NCBI GenBank assembly: GCA_963716745.1
Contig: OY970320.1
Location: 256,001-320,000, forward strand
Direction: 5' to 3'
DNA length: 64,000 nt
From: an uncultured Gemmatimonadaceae bacterium
GTDB lineage: Bacteria > Gemmatimonadota > Gemmatimonadetes > Gemmatimonadales > Gemmatimonadaceae
Shown here: positions 21,305-31,254 of the stretch, piece by piece
Numbering within the stretch: the stretch's first letter is position 1
Layout of the letters: the number at the start of each line of letters is the position of its first letter
Notes under the pieces: generated by a model
Told to the model about the DNA's origin: nothing
Databases searched by the model: none
Seen by the model: only the letters and a program-made list of their open reading frames with translations
Position numbers and translations under genes: made by a program

Positions 21305-21378
21305 GCCCCTGTAGCTCAGGTGGATAGAGCAGCGGTTTCCTAAACCGTTGGCCGGGTGTTCGAGTCACCCCAGGGGCA
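21305..21378 (+). tRNA. tRNA-Arg (anticodon CCT), CCA not encoded
   Basis: Acceptor stem GCCCCTG/CAGGGGC, D arm GCTCAGGTGGATAGAGC, anticodon arm GCGGT-TTCCTAA-ACCGT, T arm GGGTG-TTCGAGT-CACCC. Confidence 0.95.
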
Positions 21379-21429
21379 TGCGCGGTCCGCCGGACCGCCC
21401 GAGCGATCAACACTACACGGATTGAATCG

Positions 21430-22086
21430 ATGACCGCACCGAAGGGCTTTACGACGAAGTCGGGCAACAGGGCCGAGAACGCGTTCGAGTGGATCGAGCT
21501 GCACTCGCGGGAGACGATGTGGGCGATCGTGGCGGTCACGGTGATCGTCGGCGGCGTGCTGTTCTATCAGAAGTCGCAGGAGGCCCAGAGGCGCAACGCG
21601 TCGGTCGCGCTGGACGAGGCCGAACAGTCGATCAATTCGGGCAATCTGCCGCTCGCGCAGTCGTCGCTGGAGCGCCTCACGAAGCGCTGGCCGGACACAC
21701 CTTCGGGGAAGGTCGGGCTCACGCTGCTTGCTCAAGTGCATTATCAGCGGGCCGACTACCAGGGCGGCATCGACGCGCTCAAGCCGCTCACGAGCGGCAA
21801 CGACCGGTATTTCACGCCGGGGGCGCTGGCGCTGGCCGGCAATGGCTTCGAGCAGATGAAGAAGTTCCCGGAGGCGGCTGACATGTACCAGAAGGCGGCG
21901 GACAAGGCCCAGTACGACTCGGACAAGGCCCTGTACCTGTCCTCGGCGGCTCGGGTGCTGTTGGCGGCGGGGAAGACGGCCGACGCGAAGGCGATCTGGA
22001 CCAAGTTGTCGTCGGATCCGTCGGCGCCTGGCGCGGCGGAGGCGCGGGTGCGGTTGGGGGAGATCGAGGCGAAGCCGGTTAGTTAG
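21430..22086 (+). CDS. membrane-anchored TPR protein (YfgM-like)
   Basis: One N-terminal TM helix followed by TPR-like helical repeats. Confidence 0.8.
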   Translation: MTAPKGFTTKSGNRAENAFEWIELHSRETMWAIVAVTVIVGGVLFYQKSQEAQRRNASVALDEAEQSINSGNLPLAQSSLERLTKRWPDTPSGKVGLTLLAQVHYQRADYQGGIDALKPLTSGNDRYFTPGALALAGNGFEQMKKFPEAADMYQKAADKAQYDSDKALYLSSAARVLLAAGKTADAKAIWTKLSSDPSAPGAAEARVRLGEIEAKPVS

Positions 22087-22126
22087 TTCATCGGCATCGT
22101 GCATCGTTCGTCGTGCATCGGAGGAT

Positions 22127-22162
22127 CACAACGGGGCGCTGGAGGGTCGGCGCCCTCTTGTG
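22127..22162 (+). terminator. possible hairpin terminator after the TPR gene
   Basis: Imperfect stem CACAA..GGGGCGCTG / CGGCGCCCT..TTGTG; weak U tract. Confidence 0.35.
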
Positions 22163-22176
22163 TGCGGTTGGTGTAT

Positions 22177-22204
22177 TATGCGTATAAGATGTATTATGTA
22201 AACT
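22177..22204 (+). other. dif-like XerC/XerD chromosome dimer resolution site
   Basis: TATGCGTATAA-GATGTA-TTATGTAAACT: 11-6-11 layout resembling E. coli dif (GGTGCGCATAA-TGTATA-TTATGTTAAAT), located at the gene-strand convergence point. Confidence 0.85.
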
Positions 22205-22324
22205 ACTGCACGTGGAGAACTGTGGATATCAACAGCTTGCTGCCCTGTCCAAGGACTTAAGCCGAATATCTATAAACAGTTGTGCACTTTGGTCGAGGCA
22301 CGTTGCACGATGCACGATGAACGT

Positions 22325-23146
22325 TCAGACCGACAACGTCCCCCGGAATACCAGGACCCCTTCGCCCCGTAGTGTCGGCTTCCAGTCGCCTCCGGAGTGA
22401 TCAAGGGTCACCGTGAGCTTCCGCCCGGAACGGGTCTCCAGCTCGGTCTCAGGGCGCGTAGACTCGCCCCAGGCGGCGAGCAGGACCGCCGTGGCGATCG
22501 CGCCAGTGCCGCATGCCAGCGTCTCGGCCTCGACCCCGCGCTCAAACGTCCTCATGAGCCAGCCGAGCCGGCGCCGGGAGACGAAGTTCACATTGGCACC
22601 TCCGGGCAGCGACGCGTGCCGGCGCAGCGACCGCCCGCGGCTGGCCACGTCGACCACGGTGGCGTCGTCGCACATCACCACCAAGTGAGGCACCCCGGCT
22701 AGCGCGAATCCGATCCGGTGCTCGCCGGCGGCCCGTTCGATACCGGCGTCGGGCTTCACATCGATCACTGGTCTCAGGTCCACTTCGGGCAGCCCGCCCA
22801 CATACCGGGCCGTGAGCACCCCATCGTCGGTCTGCATGCGCATGCCGGCCGCCGCTCCCGCCCCGAGCTCGGCGGCGAGCCGAGTGACGCACAGCGCGGC
22901 ATTGCCGCACATGGCCGCCCGCGAGCCGTCACTGTTGAAGTACTTCATGAGGAGGTCGGCGTCGCCGGTCGGCGCCTTCTCGATGAACACCACGCCGTCG
23001 GCCCCGACGCCCGTGCCGCGGGCGCACATGGTGCGGATCACGTTCTCCTTCTCGAGCGCGCCGGCCGGCTCGACGCGGGCGTCGAAGACGACGAAGTCGT
23101 TCCCCGACCCGCTCATCTTATAGAATGCCCGCCCCGCCGCGCTCAT
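22325..23146 (-). CDS. dapF: diaminopimelate epimerase
   Basis: KMSGSGNDF, GVGADG, NSDGSRAAMCGNA, GVPH, GANVNF, RTFERGVEAETLACGTG. Confidence 0.95.
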   Translation of the reverse strand: MSAAGRAFYKMSGSGNDFVVFDARVEPAGALEKENVIRTMCARGTGVGADGVVFIEKAPTGDADLLMKYFNSDGSRAAMCGNAALCVTRLAAELGAGAAAGMRMQTDDGVLTARYVGGLPEVDLRPVIDVKPDAGIERAAGEHRIGFALAGVPHLVVMCDDATVVDVASRGRSLRRHASLPGGANVNFVSRRRLGWLMRTFERGVEAETLACGTGAIATAVLLAAWGESTRPETELETRSGRKLTVTLDHSGGDWKPTLRGEGVLVFRGTLSV

Positions 23147-23866
23147 AGCCGGCCCGTGATCGCCCACCAGCGAAGCCGCCATACCATGAAAATGGCTTCG
23201 CGCACGATGTGGCCGCTCATCTTGCTCGTGCCTTCGGTGCGGTCCACGAACACGATGGGGATCTCGGTGATCCGGAATCCCTTTCTCGTCGCACGGAAGC
23301 TCATCTCGATCTGGAAGGCGTAGCCGTTGGAGCGCACGTCATCGAGGTCGATCCCCTCGAGCACCGCGCGGCGGAAGCATTTGAAGCCGCCCGTGGAATC
23401 GTCGAGCTGCATGCCCGTCACGATTCGCGCGTAGATGTTCGCGCCGTAGCTCAGGAGCAGCCGCGTCATGGGCCAATTGACGACGGTCACCTTCCCTCCG
23501 CGATAGCGCGAGCCGAGCACGAGGTCGGCGTCCTTGATCGCGTCGAGGAATTGGGGAAGATGGTTCGGGTCATGCGAGAAATCGGCGTCCATCTCGAAGA
23601 TGAACGCATAGTCGCGCGCGAGCGCCCATTTGAAGCCGGCGCGGTACGCGGTGCCCAGTCCCATCTTCTTCTCGCGATGCAGACAATTGCACGCGCGGCT
23701 CGCGCGCGGCGATCTCATCCACGATCTCACCCGTGCCGTCGGGCGACCCGTCGTCTACGATGAGCATCTCGAGCCGCGGATCCTCATCGAGCACCGTCGC
23801 GATGAGCCGGCGGATGTTCTCCTTCTCGTTGTACGTCGGGACGACGACCAGCGCGCGCTCAGCCAC
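23143..23866 (-). CDS. polyprenol monophosphomannose synthase-like GT2 (apparent frameshift near 23682)
   Basis: VVVPTYNEKENI, VDDGSPDGT, then KMGLGTAY, EMDADFSH, DSTGGFKCFRR, SNGYAFQIEM. Confidence 0.88.
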
Positions 23867-26267
23867 GGACTCTCCGACGCTCGGCCACGATGCCGGCGAT
23901 CAGGAGCAGCGTGCACAGTACCAGCACGACGATCGTGATGGCTTTCCCCTTCTCGAAGGCTGGGCTCGCGAAATCGAGTTGGATGGTCTTGGCGCCGGCC
24001 GGCAGCTCCACGCCAATGAGCACGTAATCGGCGCGTCCGATCGCGGCGGGCTTGCCGTCCACCGTGGCACTCCAGCCGGGGTAATAATTCTCGGTCACGA
24101 TGAGCGCCGAGCCCGCGGGCGCCGGCTTGTCGAGCGCCACGGTGATGTGGCCGGGCTCGTAGTGGGTAGCTTTGGCGACGATGCCGAGCGTGTCGGGCAG
24201 CTTGGAGATCTGTTGCGCCGTCACCGGTGCGGCCGTGTCGAAGAGCGCGGCGCGCGAGATCTCGAAGCGCGGGTCGCGGACCGTGGTGAGTACGGCATCG
24301 TCGGGACCCTTCACGATCACCGGAGCGACCCACGCGAAGGGATAGTTGCCAGGCATTTCGAACAGATACAGCGTGGAGCCCGATGCGTCGATCACTGGAC
24401 CAAGCACCGGCTTGGCGCCGGGGAACGGCGACTGCGGCGAATTTCTCAGGAAGTACTTCATGTTCGTCAGGCGCCAGATCTGGGGATTCCCCAATTGATC
24501 GCCGTGCTCGCCGACCAGGTTGTCATACCGCCCGAGCTCGTTCCCGTGGTAGCCGACGACGCTCCGGATCCGGTGCGGCCATGAGCCCGTCGCCGTTCAG
24601 GATTCCATTGATTGCGGGACGGCGCTCGTGCGCGAGTCTGCGCCGCGAATACCCGCCCCGGCTGATCGTCCTGTTTCGCGAGATACTCGGTGATCGCATC
24701 GCTCGCGAAGATCACCGAGGCCGGCTCGGAGAAATTCCAGTACATCTGCTCGACGCTCCAGAGATCGACCGCCATCAGCGCGATGAGCGCGTAGGCGGCC
24801 GACCTGCGCCTTGAGCTTCCGCCTCGCGAGCGCGAACATGACGCCGCCCGCGAGCAGGACGCATACGAAGGAGCGCACCGCGCCGAACGCGATCTGCGGC
24901 CCGTTGTCGATCGCGAACTCGGCGCGGCCCGGCATCGCGAGTGCGCCGCGATGTTCGTGAGCGCTCCGGTCACTCCGAGCAGCGCGACGACGGCCGCCGC
25001 GATCGCACCAGCCCACGGCGTATCGACGAGTCACCTGGCCGGCCATCAGGCGCTCGGTGCCGAGGGCGGCGAGCACCGCCACCGCTGAACGCCATGACGA
25101 ACATCATCGTGCTCGGCGCGCGGAAGAATTTCGTTCCCGGCACGACGCGCGTAAACGATCGGATAGAAGGGCGTGGACCCGCCCAAGCGCCCACAGCGTC
25201 GACGACGATGCAGAGCGCCGATCCAGAACCACGTGAGAGCTCGGCGCTTCTCGCCGTGGTGCGACGCCGCCGAAGCCGAGACCGGCGAGCAGCAAGACGA
25301 CGGCGCCCAAGATATTCACTGTGCAGGTGGAATCCGGTTGCGTCCCCAATAGTTGTCGAGGATGCCGGAGAACTGTGGCAGGTACGTGCTGAATCAGTTC
25401 TTCCGGCGGCATCGAGAAGGACACCGCGCGATCGTATCCCGCTGAATACCGGCCGCTCTCGGCGACCACGGTATGTACTGGATCACCGGGCACGTACTGC
25501 ACCGCGCCAATGAGGAAGCCGAGCGCCACCGCGCCTGCCGCGAATGCCGAGTCGCGTGAGCGCGATCTGGCGGGGCAGCTTCCCTGCCCCGCTATCCGCG
25601 AATGCGAGATACAGTGCGAAGCCTCCGCCGCAGAGCAGCATGTACTGCAGGAACTGCGGATGCGGGCGTAAGTACCGCGAGGCCCACGGTGATCGCGAGC
25701 GCGCCCCAGCTCCAGAGCGTTCCGTCGCGAATGCCACGCACGAGGAAAAGAGCACGAGCGGGAGCAGCGCGCTCACATACAACTTGCCGTCGTGCCCGGG
25801 CGACACGTAGCGCCGCGATCGGACCGCCCATCATGTACGCGAGCCCGCCGGCGAGCGCGGCCGGGAAGCCGCAACCGCATCGCGCGCAGGAACAGGTAGG
25901 TGAAGAAACCAGCCAGGAAGAAGTGGATGATGAACGACCACGTCATCGCCACGTCCGTGGGCAGGATCAGGCGCAGCAGGAACGTCGGATAGAACATGTC
26001 GCCGTTCATCGACGCGACGTACGGCATGCCGCCGAAGATGTACGGATTCCAGAGCGGGAAATGCCCGGTGGTGCGCAGGAAATGCGCACCGAACTCGCGC
26101 ACCGCGTAGCCGCCAATGTACTGGTCGCTCACCGGCGTGAGGAGGAACTTGCCGCCGAGCGCGGGATACCCGAGCGCCAGCGCGCACGCCGCGTACACCA
26201 ACGCGGCCCAACCGGCCGCGAAACGGGGCGCCTCGGCGATCGCGGGCGCAGCAGACTGACGCGACAT
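23859..26267 (-). CDS. YfhO-family membrane glycosyltransferase (GT-C), fragmented by several frameshifts
   Basis: Fragments: GHFPLWNPYIFGGMPY..FYP, GHDGKLY, HPQFLQY, KFFRAP, and C-terminal ENYYPGWSATVDGK..ADYVLIGVELPAG. Confidence 0.75.
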
Positions 26268-26351
26268 CAAGCTCCGGTGTGGCGGAAGGAATCCAGTCGT
26301 ACGCTAGCAGTGTAAATTGGACGCGGCGCGCAGGGGGCGCCAGTCGCGCGG

Positions 26352-27521
26352 CTACTTAGCGCGCGCCGCCGCGAGCTCCCGATAGAGCAATGCATAGCGC
26401 TTCGCGACCGCGGATGGCGCGAAGGTCTCGAGCGCCCGTCGGCGCCCTTCGGCGCCGAGTGTGGCGCCCTGGTCGGGCATCGCGAGCAGCTCGTCGAGCC
26501 GCGCGGCGAGAGCGGCTTCATCGCCAGTGGGCACGAGCAGTCCCGTGCGTCCGTCGATCACGATGTCGGTGAGACCGCCCGATGCGAATGAGACCACCGG
26601 CATCCCCGAGAGCGCGGCCTCGATCGCGATGAGGCCCAGCCCTTCCCCGGTGAACGGCGTCACGAGCGCCGTGCACTCGCGATAGAGCTTTGCGAGATCG
26701 GCCTGGCTGAGCAGCGGATGGAACCTCAGCTGCGGTCCCACTCCGAGCTGCGCGGCGAGCGCGCGCACGTCGCTGGCATCGCTGCCGACGCCGACGACGA
26801 CATCGAGTGCGGGTTTCGTCTTCATGCGGGTGAGCGCGCGCAGGAGGTGCACGATCCCCTTCTGCGCGTTCAGTTTGCCGACGAAGAGCAATCGGTCGCG
26901 CGCGCGCGTTCCTTCGGGATGGAACAGCGCCGGCGCGACCGGCATCGGCGCGACCATCGGCGCGACATCCGGCACGATCGCGCGCGCTTCGTTCGCAAGC
27001 CAGGTGGACACGGTGGTCACGCGCGCCGAGCGATGCAGCACGCCGGAGAAGGTCTTCGTCGCGAATGCGGATGAGCGAGCGGCGGCAATGTCGGACCCGT
27101 GCAGCGTGGTCACGAGCGGGATCTTCCTCAGGCCGGCGACCACCTCGCCGACGACGCCGCCGGGAAACCACCAGTGCGCATGCACCACTGCCACTCGACG
27201 TCGTGCGGCCGCGGCATTGGCCGCCCCCGCGTTCGCGGCAAGGAACGACATGATCGAGAGCTTCCCCGCGAGCGATCGCTGCACCTGCGCGAGCATGCTT
27301 CCCGTATACGCGAGCGTTTCATAGCGGCCAGGCGCATAGCGGAAGCGCACCACCGGGATCCCCTCGAATTCCTCCGCGGCTGCGAGTCCTGGCGCGGAGG
27401 GCGCCACCACGCTCACGCGAACATCCTCGTCGCGCAACGCGACGGCGAGGCGGAGCACGAACGAGCCGATCGGATCGTCGGCGGTGCGCGGGTAGCCGTG
27501 CGAGAGGAAGAGGACGTCCAT
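26352..27521 (-). CDS. glycosyltransferase family 4
   Basis: HAHWWFP, TTLHGSD, FVGKLNAQKG, EGLGLIAIEA, SGGLTDIV. Confidence 0.9.
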   Translation of the reverse strand: MDVLFLSHGYPRTADDPIGSFVLRLAVALRDEDVRVSVVAPSAPGLAAAEEFEGIPVVRFRYAPGRYETLAYTGSMLAQVQRSLAGKLSIMSFLAANAGAANAAAARRRVAVVHAHWWFPGGVVGEVVAGLRKIPLVTTLHGSDIAAARSSAFATKTFSGVLHRSARVTTVSTWLANEARAIVPDVAPMVAPMPVAPALFHPEGTRARDRLLFVGKLNAQKGIVHLLRALTRMKTKPALDVVVGVGSDASDVRALAAQLGVGPQLRFHPLLSQADLAKLYRECTALVTPFTGEGLGLIAIEAALSGMPVVSFASGGLTDIVIDGRTGLLVPTGDEAALAARLDELLAMPDQGATLGAEGRRRALETFAPSAVAKRYALLYRELAAARAK

Positions 27522-28975
27522 CAGCGCGCCAATTCGCGCCGCTGCTGCGCCTGGTCCTCGAGCACGAGCGGTTCATCCCAGAGGCCGGGCGCCACGAGGT
27601 ACGGCTCCACCGTGCCGTCGGCGCGCACGGTGCGCACGCGCACGCTGCGTCTCGCGGTGCGCCAGCGCGCGATGGTATCGAGCGTCGCGACGTATGGCGT
27701 GTCGGCCACGAGCCCATCGACCAACGCGGCATACGCTTCGATCGCGAGCGGATAGCCGAGCGCCGCGAGGGTGACGTTCGGATGCCAGATGCCCACCCAG
27801 AGTCCGCCGAGGTCGCGGCACGTGGCCGCGAGCGCGAGCGCGTCGGCGGTCCATGCGGCGGGATCCTCTTCGCCGCGATACTTGCTCAGTGCGCGGTCCA
27901 TGAAGCAGAAGGGCATCTCGAGGAATCCCGAGGCGCGCTCGATCGCCGGCTCCCAGACCGGCAATACATCCGCGACGCCGGCACGGAAGCCGTTGCGATC
28001 GGCGTAGCCCACGGTGGAATCGTAGCGGAATCCGGCGGCGTGCATCGCCAGCTCGGTGCGGCCGGGGCGGATGCGCAGGAAGTGCTGCCGCACGCCAGCT
28101 ACCGGGCGGCCCGCGATGCGCGCGAGGCGGTCGCGCTGCTCATTGAATGCGCCGTCGCGCTCGAACGTTTCGAAGCTGCCGTGCAGCGCGATCTCGTGGC
28201 CGGCGGACGCCACCTTCTCGATGATGTCGCGTGAGGCGCGCGATTCAGGGCGGTACGTGAGATCGCCGCGGCGCACGGTGCCGCTGTTGGGCGTGCCGCA
28301 GAGGATGAACCAGGTGGCGACCAGCCCCCGCTCCGCTTCGAGCACCGCGTCCACGCCGCGGCGTACTGGCGCGCCCATGAGTGCGGACGGCAGCGACCGT
28401 ACCACCGCGCCCAGACGCGCAGCGTCGCGCTTCTTGGCGAGTTCCGCGATGCGCAGCGACGCGAAGAGCGGCCAGAGTGCGACCACGTCCAAGTCGTGCG
28501 TGAGCGCCGCGGCCCAGCGCCGCCCGTGCGGCCACGGCGCGGCGAATCGTACCGGACGCGCTCCTGCCGCAGTGACCACCGCGTTCCCCAAGCGGCTCGC
28601 CGCGACCGAGAGCACCGGTTCCCGCTCGACGCCCGCCTGCACGAGCGCGCTCTCGCTCGACGGCACACGGCCGAACCGGTCGCGCGGCACAGCGCGCCGC
28701 TCGCGGTCCGCCGTCGCGATCGCGGTGATCGCGCGCAGTTCGGCCCGGGATATGCGAACAATGCCGTCCACGGGATCGAACGGCATCTGTCGAACGGTCG
28801 CGACCGCTTGGTCGTTCCCGGCCGCGGCGCGCCCCGAATCGCCCGTGACCTCCAGGCGCACGACAGCCGCCGCGGGATCATCCACGGGCACGAGACGAGC
28901 GAGGTCGGTGAGCAGTTCGAGCGCGAATCGCTCGGCGGCCGGCAGCCCGGCGAGCGCGCGCGAGAGGAGGATCAC
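27521..28975 (-). CDS. polysaccharide deacetylase-family protein
   Basis: LTHDLD, GHEIALHG, GVRQHFLR, YDSTVGY, FMDRAL, IWHP; GTG start chosen 7 nt after a -10 box. Confidence 0.8.
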   Translation of the reverse strand: MILLSRALAGLPAAERFALELLTDLARLVPVDDPAAAVVRLEVTGDSGRAAAGNDQAVATVRQMPFDPVDGIVRISRAELRAITAIATADRERRAVPRDRFGRVPSSESALVQAGVEREPVLSVAASRLGNAVVTAAGARPVRFAAPWPHGRRWAAALTHDLDVVALWPLFASLRIAELAKKRDAARLGAVVRSLPSALMGAPVRRGVDAVLEAERGLVATWFILCGTPNSGTVRRGDLTYRPESRASRDIIEKVASAGHEIALHGSFETFERDGAFNEQRDRLARIAGRPVAGVRQHFLRIRPGRTELAMHAAGFRYDSTVGYADRNGFRAGVADVLPVWEPAIERASGFLEMPFCFMDRALSKYRGEEDPAAWTADALALAATCRDLGGLWVGIWHPNVTLAALGYPLAIEAYAALVDGLVADTPYVATLDTIARWRTARRSVRVRTVRADGTVEPYLVAPGLWDEPLVLEDQAQQRRELAR

Positions 28976-28982
28976 GATGCGA

Positions 28983-29012
28983 ACGTTACGCGCCGCGGCG
29001 CATTGGCCGCAA
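28983..29012 (-). promoter_or_regulatory. probable leaderless promoter for the deacetylase-GT4 genes
   Basis: TTGCGG-N18-TAACGT, 7 nt before GTG 28975. Confidence 0.5.
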
Positions 29013-29034
29013 GGCTCATCGGCGCGTTCGAGGA

Positions 29035-29245
29035 AGTAGAACGACTTTAATCGGATGCTGCGGAAGAATGCGGATCGTGCGGATCGCTCCGAGGTGATGA
29101 CGATTCCTCGCACCGGTTCGAGTCTTTGTTGTTGTTGTTAACCACAAATAAACGATGCCGAACAGCCACGCGGAGACATGCCGCCTCGAGGAGCGATCCG
29201 CGAAATCCGCGAGTTTCCGCAGCATCCGATTAAAGTCGTTCTACT
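29035..29245. repeat. 211-bp palindromic element (MITE/REPIN-like)
   Basis: 31-bp perfect terminal inverted repeat AGTAGAACGACTTTAATCGGATGCTGCGGAA, extending imperfectly to about 60 bp; central GTTAAC at 29137-29142. Confidence 0.9.
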
Positions 29246-29252
29246 AGCGCAC

Positions 29253-29282
29253 TTGACGCTCTTCGTCGCGACAGACTAACGT
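29253..29282 (+). promoter_or_regulatory. probable leaderless promoter for the acyltransferase
   Basis: TTGACG-N18-TAACGT, 6 nt before ATG 29289. Confidence 0.6.
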
Positions 29283-29288
29283 TGCCGC

Positions 29289-30342
29289 ATGGCATCCACG
29301 CTGGTCCCGAAGACGCGCATCCCGTGGCGCCACCTCGTGCTGTTCGGCTGGATGCCCGGTTTCCTCAAGAAATTCGCCTACCGCTCGGTGCTCGGCTACA
29401 AGATCGGGCGCCGCGTGTCGCTCAGCTTCGGCAGCGTCGTGATCGGCGACTCCGTGAGCCTCGGCGACGACGTCGAGATCGGCCTCATGGCCGTCGTGCA
29501 GGGGCGTTCGATCACCATCGGGCGGCACTCGAGCATCGGCACGTTCACCTACGTGTCGTGCGAGACGATCGAGATCGGCGAGGACGCGAAGATCCGCGAG
29601 CAGGTGTTCATCGGCGGGCCCCAGCTGCCGGAGTCGCGGTTCACGCTGGGCAGCCGTACGATCGTGCTGCAGATGACGTACATCAATCCCACGAAACCGG
29701 TCACCATCGGCGACGACACCGGGATCGGCGGGCACTGTTTGATCTTCACGCATGGCGTATGGCTCAATGCGCTCGACGGCTACCCCGTGAACTACGAGCC
29801 AGTCACGATCGGCAAGAGCGTGTGGTTGCCGTGGCGGGTGTTCGTGATGCCGGGCGCGACGATCGGCGACGGCTCGGTGATCGGCGGCGACTCGCTCGTG
29901 CAGGGCACGATCCCTCCAAAGAGCCTCGCCGTGGGCTCGCCGGCCAAAGTGATCCGGAGCGCGCCGGATTTCCCGCGCGTGCCGAGCGCCGAGCAACAGC
30001 GCGACCTGGTCACCGGCATGGTGAGCGAGTTCGAGCGATACGTCACGCATGCAGGCGTAACCGTCGCGCTCACAGGCGACTGGCGGAGCTATACGCGGAG
30101 AAGGCACAGCCTCGCGACTCCTCTGGCGGCGAGTCGCGGGCGCGACGCCGGCACTTCATCGCGACGACACCGTGCTCAGCGAAGTCGCGCTCTCCGACGC
30201 CGATCGTTCGGCGTTCCGGAGCGCGGGCGTGCATTGGTTGGACCTCGCCGGCCGCACGCGGAGCGCGGGCGGGTCGCCGCTCACAGAGGAGTTGGCGCTC
30301 TTTCTCGGGCGGTACGGCATTCGGCTGTCGCGCGACTCCTAG
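29289..30342 (+). CDS. left-handed beta-helix (hexapeptide repeat) acyltransferase; frameshifted near 30100-30170
   Basis: Many IG.. hexapeptide repeats, PVTIGKSVWL, VGSPAKVIR; likely true C-terminus EELALFLGRYGIRLSRDS* ends at TAG 30340-30342. Confidence 0.8.
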
Positions 30343-31254
30343 TCACGAGAGCGCTTGGCCCAGCCATGGCCGAGGAACAGCAGCGCGGGCACGATCTCGA
30401 GCACGGTGAGCCAAAGGCGTGACGCGACGACGACGAGATAGGCCGGTCCGGTCGCGAAGAACGCGCGCTTGAGTCCGACGCGCCATGACCGTCTCCCGCA
30501 CGCCGATGCCACCTGGCGCGAAGAGCGCGACGAAGCCGACGAGATACGAACCCGCGAAGATCGCCACGTAGAGCGACAGTGTGCCCGGCGCGGCGCCGAG
30601 CACGCCGACCACGAACAGGCGGAACGCGAGCCCATAGGCGAGCCACGCGAGCGCCGTCGCGAGCGCGGCCGCACCGACGGTCCACCACGGGAGTCTGGGG
30701 ATCACCACTTCCCTCTTGAACACGCGCCCCGCGAGCGCCGCGAGGCGTGGCAGGAACGACGGTGCGATGACCACTGCGAGACCCGCGATCGCGATCGCCC
30801 ACACGAGCGCCGGCGGGAAATCGAGCACGCGTGCCCCGGTCGCGGCCACCACCACGAATCCAACGATCGTGTTCACGAGCGTGATGAGCAATGCTGCGGC
30901 CGCCGCGACCACCGGTGAGACCCCGCGGGCTTCCGACATCACCGCCATCGCCGAGAGCGCCCACACCTTGCCCGGGATGTACTTCCCGAGGTTCGAGATC
31001 GTCCAGATGCGGGCCGCATCCCAGAATGGCAGCGGATGCCCCCACCCCTTGAGCACGATGCGCCACGTCTCGATGAGCAGTGCGTACGTGACGAGCACAA
31101 CGAGGCACGATGCGGCGAGCGCGATCCAATCGGGCGTCGCGCTCGCGAGCGCGGCCGCCACTTCGGGCCACTGCTGCGACAACTTGATCGCGACGAACAC
31201 CAGCACCGCGCCGGTGAATAGCGCGGAGATCCAGCGTCGCACCGCGGGACTCAC
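30339..31254 (-). CDS. lysylphosphatidylglycerol-synthase TM / UPF0104 flippase-like membrane protein (frameshift near 30480)
   Basis: SNLGKYIPGKVW, FAPGGIGVRE, ASRLWLT; GTGA overlap with the upstream GT2. Confidence 0.8.

Larger units (their letters stand above)
22087..22321. repeat. inverted heptamer arrays (TGCATCG-type at 22087-22120; CGATGCA-type at 22294-22321) bracketing the dif intergenic region
   Basis: Left: ttcatcg-gcatcg-tgcatcg-ttcgtcg-tgcatcg. Right: cgaggca-cgttgca-cgatgca-cgatgaa. Confidence 0.7.

Noticed and set aside
21305..21378. tRNA-Arg as an island integration site
   Set aside because: No integrase and no duplicated tRNA 3' end seen; the flanks are housekeeping genes.
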